Translations under genes and position numbers: made by a program
NCBI GenBank assembly: GCA_049423145.1
Contig: JBMSQF010000001.1
Span: forward strand, 27,171-91,170
Length of the DNA stretch: 64,000 nucleotides
Source of the DNA: Burkholderiaceae bacterium
GTDB lineage: Bacteria; Pseudomonadota; Gammaproteobacteria; Burkholderiales; Burkholderiaceae_C
Direction: 5' to 3'
Shown: one piece after another, positions 58,426 through 64,000 of the stretch
How positions within the stretch are numbered: position 1 is the first letter of the stretch
Layout of the letters: every line of letters begins with the position of its first letter
Notes under the pieces: generated by a model
What the model was told of the DNA's origin: nothing
Database searches by the model: none
Seen by the model: only the letters and a program-made list of their open reading frames with translations

Positions 58426-59118
58426 TCAACGGCTGCGCGGGCGTGAGGGCTTGGCCGCACGAGGGTCTGGAGCCTTGGGGGCAGCCTTTTCCGCTTTCGA
58501 TCCGTCCCCGGCCAGAGCCTGCGCGGCGAGTTGCTGGAACTGCTCCGTCAGGGCGCCCCACCACTTCATCGGGTCCACGGGTGCGGCCGTGCCTGTGGCG
58601 GCATCCTGCTTCCCAGACGGGGCCTCACGTGGGCGGCTCGATGATCGCCTGGCCTTCCCCGCGGCCCGCTCGGAGTTCGGGCCCGCGGCCTTGGGTGCAG
58701 GCGCCTTGGCCGGTGCCTGTTGGGCGGGGCTGGCCGGCATCATGGCCCCCAACACCGCCTGAAGGTCAGGCAAAGGGACATCCATGCTGCGCAGCGTGGA
58801 CAGGGTCATCCTTTGCACCTCCAGGGCCTGGATCGTGGCGCCCAGCAACTTGGCGTTCTGTTCCAGCCAGAACTGAACGGTTCGCAGCTCCTCGATCCGC
58901 TTGTCCAGTTCATCAGGGTCCAGTGTCGGCGCCACCCACTGCTGGAAACGGTTCATCCCTTTGAGGCCGGCGATGCCGCTGTTCAAGCCGCCGGTCATGG
59001 CCGCTCCCCAGGGGTTCATCTGTTGCAGACCCTCCAGGCCCTTGCCCGCCTGATCGGTGAGGGACTTGAGGAAATCAAAGCCCGGCGCAAAAGGGGACGT
59101 GGAGCGATCAGTCGACAT
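58426..59118 (-). CDS. PhaM-like PHA-granule-associated protein with Ala/Lys/Pro-rich basic tail
   Basis: 'FAPGFDFLKSL', 'WVAPTLDPDELDKRIEELRTVQFWLEQNAKLLGATIQALEVQRMTLSTL' resembles PhaM as I recall it. The C-terminal tail is of the 'PAKAPAPKAAGP...KAEKAAPKAPDPRAAKPSRPR' type. Confidence 0.6.
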   Translation of the reverse strand: MSTDRSTSPFAPGFDFLKSLTDQAGKGLEGLQQMNPWGAAMTGGLNSGIAGLKGMNRFQQWVAPTLDPDELDKRIEELRTVQFWLEQNAKLLGATIQALEVQRMTLSTLRSMDVPLPDLQAVLGAMMPASPAQQAPAKAPAPKAAGPNSERAAGKARRSSSRPREAPSGKQDAATGTAAPVDPMKWWGALTEQFQQLAAQALAGDGSKAEKAAPKAPDPRAAKPSRPRSR

Positions 59119-59204
59119 GGGGCACCTCGGTTCCATCCATAAGGGGGAATGACGGACGCGTCCGTCGGGCGAAGAATGGCCGGAGGGTACCCGAAAGGAC
59201 TTTG

Positions 59205-60320
59205 ATGCAGAAGCGGCGGCGCAGTGCTGGCGGGGCGGCGGTGTGCGCGCTGCTGCTGCACCTTGTGGCACTGTGGGGCCTGGGGACGATGCCCGATCGG
59301 TGGGTCATGGGCCAGCCGAGCGCACGCGCGAATGCGCCAGCGCCCTGGGTGGTGCAGGGGATGCTTCGGTGGGAAGGGGATCACCCCGCCGAACCGCTGG
59401 CGCATCTGCCGCACGCTCTCACCGAGGTGCCGGCGGGTGTCCGGAGCGCTGCGCCACCGCCTGCCGCAGACGCTGCACGACACGCGCCAGCCCCCGCACC
59501 GCCTCCGCCCCCGTCCCCAGCGACGGCCCAAAGCCACCACGCCTCAGCCGCTCCTGACGATCCGCAGGGCCATGAGCGTCCCCGCTGGCCCACCCGTGCA
59601 CCGCAGGACTTTGATCAGTCCCTGTTGGTGCGCCGAGGTGCACAGTCGGGCCAGGGTCGGTGGACATGGGTCCTTGAGAAGGGCCGCTTCCGCAGCACGT
59701 TGCGTGCCGAGGTGGAGGCCGGCCCGGCGGGCGCCCGCAGTGCCCGGCTCGAATGGTCGACCCAAGGCGGCTTGGATGCCTACGGCATCGCCCCTGACCG
59801 CTTCCTCACGCGGCCCAGCCGCGGCGGCGCTCGTGCGGTCAACTTTCAGCGCGACAGTGGACGGGTGTCCTACTCCGGACCCACTGGCCATGCCGGCCTT
59901 GTGCCGGGCGCGCAGGACCGCTTGAGCTGGCTCGCCCAATTGCTGGCCATCGTGCAGGCCCGCCTGGAGAATGCCAGCGGCACTCCGCCCGAAGGCAGCC
60001 TGCCGCCGCGCCTGCCCGTTTGGGTGGCGGGCCCGCAGGGCGACAGTGGCGACTGGTGGTTCGATGTGGCCTTTCACCGAGCCACCGGGTGCTGGCACTT
60101 TCGCCGCCAGGCCGAACGCCGCTACGACGTGCAGGTGGACCTCTGGGTGGCCGCGACCCATGCCCCATCGGGTCACGGATCGGGTGAGGGATCGGGTGCC
60201 GCCACCGGCGTGCCCACGGCCCGCTTGGCACGTCTGTCCATGGGTGCCGAGGGCAGCCGTCAGGCCCCATGGGAATTGTTCGATCCCACGCTGGCCGCGG
60301 CTTGTGGGCCGTCGCCTTGA
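59205..60320 (+). CDS. Hypothetical membrane-anchored protein with Pro/Ala-rich linker (possibly DUF3108-like)
   Basis: N-terminal anchor 'AAVCALLLHLVALWGL', linker 'APAPAPPPPPSPA', then a beta-rich C-terminal domain. The family assignment is a weak recollection. Confidence 0.45.
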   Translation: MQKRRRSAGGAAVCALLLHLVALWGLGTMPDRWVMGQPSARANAPAPWVVQGMLRWEGDHPAEPLAHLPHALTEVPAGVRSAAPPPAADAARHAPAPAPPPPPSPATAQSHHASAAPDDPQGHERPRWPTRAPQDFDQSLLVRRGAQSGQGRWTWVLEKGRFRSTLRAEVEAGPAGARSARLEWSTQGGLDAYGIAPDRFLTRPSRGGARAVNFQRDSGRVSYSGPTGHAGLVPGAQDRLSWLAQLLAIVQARLENASGTPPEGSLPPRLPVWVAGPQGDSGDWWFDVAFHRATGCWHFRRQAERRYDVQVDLWVAATHAPSGHGSGEGSGAATGVPTARLARLSMGAEGSRQAPWELFDPTLAAACGPSP

Positions 60321-60344
60321 AAGGGCGGCGCCTAAAATCGAAGC

Positions 60345-61397
60345 ATGAGACCCATGGCCTACACCCGTGCGCAAGCCCTCCCCGAGTTGCTGCGGCAGCG
60401 CATCCTGGTCATCGATGGGGCCATGGGCACCATGATCCAGCGCTGGAAGCTCACCGAGGCCGACTACCGCGGCGCGCGCTTTGCCGACCATCCGCGCGAC
60501 CTCAAGGGCAACAACGAGTTGCTGCAGTTCACCCGGCCTGATGTCATCGAGTCCATCCACCGCGACTACCTGGCCGCAGGCGCCGACCTCATCGAGACCA
60601 ACACCTTCGGCGCCACGTCGGTGGCCCAGGAAGACTACGGGCTGGCCCATTTGGCGCGGGAGATGAATGTGGAGGCCGCCCGCATCGCGGCCCAGGCAGC
60701 CCGCAGCTACTCCACGCCCGACAAGCCCCGCTTCGTGGCCGGCGCGCTCGGCCCCACCCCCCGCACCGCCAGTATCTCGCCCGACGTGAACGACCCTGGC
60801 GCGCGCAATGTGAACTTTGATGAGTTGCACGCGGCCTATCGCGAACAGGCCCAGGGCTTGTTGGAGGGCGGCGCCGATCTCTTTCTGGTGGAGACGATCT
60901 TCGACACGCTCAATGCGAAGGCTGCCATCTTCGCCCTGGACGAGCTCATGGAGGAGACCGGCGAGCGGCTTCCCGTCATCCTCTCGGGCACCGTGACCGA
61001 CGCTTCGGGGCGGATTCTTTCGGGACAGACCGTCGGCGCGTTCTGGCACTCGGTGCGCCACGCGCGCCCGCTGGCGGTGGGCCTGAACTGTGCGCTCGGT
61101 GCCGCATTGATGCGGCCCTACATCGAGGAACTGGCCAAGCTGGCCGACGACACCTACATCAGCTGCTACCCCAATGCAGGGCTGCCCAACCCCATGAGTG
61201 AAACCGGCTTTGATGAAACCCCGGAGGTCACCGCGGGCCTGCTGGAGGACTTCGCGCGCAGCGGCTTCCTCAACCTCGCCGGCGGGTGTTGCGGCACCAC
61301 ACCCGAGCACATCGCTGCGATTTCGCGCGCCATGTCGGCCTATAAGCCGCGCTGCTGCAGCACCTCAGGCCTGTTTGGCCTACCCCGCGCGGCCTGA
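60345..61397 (+). CDS. metH: Methionine synthase N-terminal module as a separate gene (homocysteine S-methyltransferase domain)
   Basis: '[13 protein letters not shown]', '[10 protein letters not shown]', 'LNCALG' and '[11 protein letters not shown]' Zn-binding Cys motifs. A genuine TGA stop lies at 61395-61397. Confidence 0.9.
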   Translation: MRPMAYTRAQALPELLRQRILVIDGAMGTMIQRWKLTEADYRGARFADHPRDLKGNNELLQFTRPDVIESIHRDYLAAGADLIETNTFGATSVAQEDYGLAHLAREMNVEAARIAAQAARSYSTPDKPRFVAGALGPTPRTASISPDVNDPGARNVNFDELHAAYREQAQGLLEGGADLFLVETIFDTLNAKAAIFALDELMEETGERLPVILSGTVTDASGRILSGQTVGAFWHSVRHARPLAVGLNCALGAALMRPYIEELAKLADDTYISCYPNAGLPNPMSETGFDETPEVTAGLLEDFARSGFLNLAGGCCGTTPEHIAAISRAMSAYKPRCCSTSGLFGLPRAA

Positions 61398-61448
61398 GCC
61401 CACGCCGCCGCCGGGTCGCGCGGCCGAGCCGTGCCTAAAATAGCCACT

Positions 61449-61586
61449 TTCCGAGGAGCGTTGCGACGATCGGTCGCCCCCCTGTCTGGCTTCAGACGGG
61501 GCGTGGGTGCCGCCGCCAGGCTCGGAAACGCGGCCGGTGGCGCCTTGTTGGCGCCGCGAAGTCGCGATGGTCCAACCGCGCTCACC
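61449..61586 (+). promoter_or_regulatory. Probable S-adenosylhomocysteine (SAH) riboswitch, expanded variant
   Basis: Conserved-looking blocks CCGAGGAGCGTTGCGAC (61451-61467), GCCAGGCTCGGAAAC (61515-61529) and CAACCGCGCTCAC (61573-61585). CCGAG pairs with CTCGG and GAGCG pairs with CGCTC (pseudoknot). A TAAAAT -10-like box lies at 61436-61441. The element is upstream of metH. Confidence 0.6.
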
Positions 61587-61668
61587 CCTGCTGGTCCAGC
61601 AGCCGTGGTGAACCGAGAACCGGGCCCCGATTGCTGGTTGATCGACTGCGCAATCGGCCCATCGTCCC

Positions 61669-64000
61669 ATGTCTGCCTCTTCTGCCGTGACCGCCCCGCC
61701 GCCCATGCGGCTGTCGGGCCTCGAACCGGTTTCCATCGACCGGGGATCGCTCTTCGTCAACATCGGCGAGCGAACCAACGTCACCGGCTCCAAGGCCTTC
61801 GCCCGCCTCATCCTCAATGGACAGTTTGAAGAGGCATTGGGCGTGGCGCGCCAACAGGTGGAAAACGGGGCCCAGGTCATCGACATCAACATGGACGAGG
61901 CCATGCTGGACAGCCAGGCCGCCATGGTGCGCTTCCTCAATCTGGTGGCCGGTGAGCCCGAGATCAGCCGTGTGCCCATCATGATCGACTCCTCCAAGTG
62001 GAGCGTGATCGAGGCGGGCCTCAAGTGCATCCAAGGCAAGGGCATCGTCAACTCCATTTCGCTCAAGGAGGGCGAGGCGGAGTTCAAGCGCCAGGCGCGG
62101 CTGGTCAAGCGCTACGGCGCGGCCACCGTGGTGATGGCCTTCGACGAACAGGGCCAGGCCGACACCTTTGCGCGCAAGATCGAGATCTGTGAGCGCGCCT
62201 ACCGCGTGTTGGTCGACGAGGTTGATTTCCCGCCGGAGGACATCATCTTCGACCCCAACATCTTCGCGATTGCCACCGGAATCGAAGAGCACGACAACTA
62301 CGCGGTCGACTTCATCGAGGCCGCGCGCTGGATCAAGCAGAACCTGCCCGGCGCCAAGGTCAGCGGCGGCGTGTCGAATGTGAGCTTTTCGTTCCGCGGC
62401 AACGACCCGGTCCGTGAGGCCATCCACACCGTGTTTCTCTACCACGCCATCCGCGCGGGGCTGGACATGGGCATCGTCAATGCCGGCATGATCGGTGTGT
62501 ACGACGAACTCGAGCCCACGCTGCGTGAACGCGTGGAGGATGTGGTGCTCAATCGCCGCCCCGACGCCGGTGAGCGCCTCGTGGAGATCGCCGAGAGCGC
62601 CAAGGGCGCGGCCAAGGACGATTCCGCCCGCTTGGCTTGGCGTGCTGGCAGCGTCAACGAGCGGCTGGCGCACGGCCTCATCCACGGCATCACCGACTTC
62701 ATCGTGGAGGACACCGAAGAGGCCTGGCAGGCGGTGAGCGCCCGTGGAGGCCGGCCCTTGCACGTGATCGAAGGCCCGTTGATGGACGGCATGAACATCG
62801 TGGGCGATCTCTTCGGGCAGGGCAAGATGTTCCTGCCCCAAGTGGTCAAGAGCGCGCGCGTGATGAAGCAGGCCGTGGCCCACCTCGTGCCCTACATCGA
62901 AGAGGAAAAGCGCCGGCTCGAGGCGGCCGGCGGCGATGTGAAGGCCAAGGGCAAGATCGTCATCGCCACGGTCAAGGGCGATGTGCACGACATCGGCAAG
63001 AACATCGTCACCGTGGTGCTTCAGTGCAACAACTTCGAAGTCGTCAACATGGGGGTGATGGTGCCCTGCCAGGCCATCCTGGACAAGGCCAAGGCAGAGC
63101 ACGCCGACATCATCGGTCTGTCGGGCCTCATCACACCCAGCCTGGAGGAAATGCAACACGTGGCTGCGGAAATGCAGCGCGATGCCTATTTCCGCGAGCG
63201 CAAGATGCCGCTGCTGATCGGTGGGGCCACGACCAGCCGCGTGCACACTGCGGTGAAAATCTCGCCGCACTACGATGGCCCGGTGGTGTATGTGCCCGAT
63301 GCCTCGCGCAGCGTGGGTGTTTGCGCCGACCTGCTCAGCGACGAGCGCGCCGCGCGGTTCATCGCCGACTTGCGGGCCGACTACGACAAGGTGCGCGCCT
63401 TGCATGCCAACCGCAAAGCCACACCCTTGGTGAGTCTGGCTGAGGCCCGCGCCAATCCCGCACCGATCGACTGGGCCTCCTACACACCGCCCCGACCCCG
63501 GGTGATCGGCCGGCGCGTGCTGCGCAACCATGACCTGGCTGAAATCGCGGCCTGCATCGACTGGACCCCGTTTTTCCAGACCTGGGACTTGGCCGGGCGC
63601 TACCCCGACATCCTGCACGATGAGGTGGTGGGTGATTCGGCCCGCAAGGTGTTCGATGATGCGCAGCGCATGCTCAAGCGGATCATCGAGGGCCGCTGGT
63701 TGCAGTGCCACGGCGTGATGGCGCTGCTGCCGGCCCATTCGGTGGGCGACGACATCGAAATTTATGCGGACGAATCCCCCAGCGCCCGTGCCCAACCCGT
63801 CATGGTGTGGCGCGGCCTGCGACTGCAAAGCGAGCGCCCGGTGGTGGACGGCGTCAAGCGTCCCAACCGGTGCCTGTCTGACTTTGTGGCACCCGCCTCC
63901 ACAGGCAAGGCCGACTACATCGGGCTGTTCGCCGTGAGCTGCCAGGGCGTTGAAAAGAAGGAGGCACAGCTGCTGGCCCAGCACGACGACTACGGCGCCA
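61669..64000 (+). CDS. metH: Cobalamin-dependent methionine synthase, pterin-binding, B12-binding and start of activation modules (3' end outside the window)
   Basis: Not in the ORF track because it runs off the window; I translated it by hand. '[44 protein letters not shown]...', pterin '[11 protein letters not shown]', B12 '[11 protein letters not shown]' and 'SGLITPSL'. Confidence 0.9.
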   Translation, partial: MSASSAVTAPPPMRLSGLEPVSIDRGSLFVNIGERTNVTGSKAFARLILNGQFEEALGVARQQVENGAQVIDINMDEAMLDSQAAMVRFLNLVAGEPEISRVPIMIDSSKWSVIEAGLKCIQGKGIVNSISLKEGEAEFKRQARLVKRYGAATVVMAFDEQGQADTFARKIEICERAYRVLVDEVDFPPEDIIFDPNIFAIATGIEEHDNYAVDFIEAARWIKQNLPGAKVSGGVSNVSFSFRGNDPVREAIHTVFLYHAIRAGLDMGIVNAGMIGVYDELEPTLRERVEDVVLNRRPDAGERLVEIAESAKGAAKDDSARLAWRAGSVNERLAHGLIHGITDFIVEDTEEAWQAVSARGGRPLHVIEGPLMDGMNIVGDLFGQGKMFLPQVVKSARVMKQAVAHLVPYIEEEKRRLEAAGGDVKAKGKIVIATVKGDVHDIGKNIVTVVLQCNNFEVVNMGVMVPCQAILDKAKAEHADIIGLSGLITPSLEEMQHVAAEMQRDAYFRERKMPLLIGGATTSRVHTAVKISPHYDGPVVYVPDASRSVGVCADLLSDERAARFIADLRADYDKVRALHANRKATPLVSLAEARANPAPIDWASYTPPRPRVIGRRVLRNHDLAEIAACIDWTPFFQTWDLAGRYPDILHDEVVGDSARKVFDDAQRMLKRIIEGRWLQCHGVMALLPAHSVGDDIEIYADESPSARAQPVMVWRGLRLQSERPVVDGVKRPNRCLSDFVAPASTGKADYIGLFAVSCQGVEKKEAQLLAQHDDYGA

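Noticed and set aside
61398-61668. A cobalamin riboswitch in the metH spacer.
   Set aside because: I could not find a B12-box-like (AGYCMGGAGACC-type) element or the GGTG...GAA...GGGAA core. B12 riboswitches normally repress B12-independent or transport genes, not metH. The conserved blocks fit the SAH motif better.

Overview
This is a 64 kb, very GC-rich window (about 68-70% by eye). Gene content and protein motifs look like a betaproteobacterium (Burkholderiales, Comamonadaceae or Rubrivivax-Leptothrix-like); that taxonomic guess is inference only. The window is densely packed with about 62 CDS on both strands, many with 1-4 nt start/stop overlaps, plus one tRNA-Arg(CCG). I saw no rRNA, CRISPR array, transposase, integrase, phage gene or recognisable defence system, so this reads as core chromosome rather than an accessory island.

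Gene content in order:
- an OMF-MFP-RND efflux operon ending in an M28 lipoprotein peptidase;
- an IclR-centred divergent catabolic cluster: acyl-CoA ligase, MaoC, gcdH and a GGCT-like gene on one side; an MBL-fold protein, FAD monooxygenase, DUF2783 protein and fumarylacetoacetase on the other;
- an N-formylglutamate-amidohydrolase-like gene plus a 5-gene peptide-type ABC importer;
- tRNA-Arg;
- a membrane-anchored cytochrome c5;
- a 7-gene minus-strand string including purU and ilvE;
- radA, arfB and alr;
- dedA, an EamA transporter, gpx and an aminotransferase gene;
- a photolyase / DUF2256 / FeS-(6-4)-photolyase operon;
- livHMGF plus a binding protein;
- an inverted-topology photolyase-like gene coupled to coq7;
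- LysR plus gcl-hyi-glxR-glycerate kinase;
- a class II aldolase and a 4-OT tautomerase;
- glcDEF, a FIST protein and a PhaM-like protein;
- a split metH.

The items most worth a second look:
1. A probable SAH riboswitch sits between the two halves of the split methionine synthase.
2. Three photolyase/cryptochrome-family genes lie within 10 kb, including an inverted-topology one that overlaps coq7 by 4 nt.
3. The IclR cluster leads with an MBL-fold protein carrying a degenerate metal motif, and no ring-cleavage dioxygenase is present in the window.
4. Three copies of an A5-GGGGTC-N-GACCCC-T5 palindromic (REP-like) element bracket the aldolase gene.

I did not find a convincing wholly new multi-gene system. 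All family calls rest on motif recognition from memory, with no database search, and start codons are best guesses.
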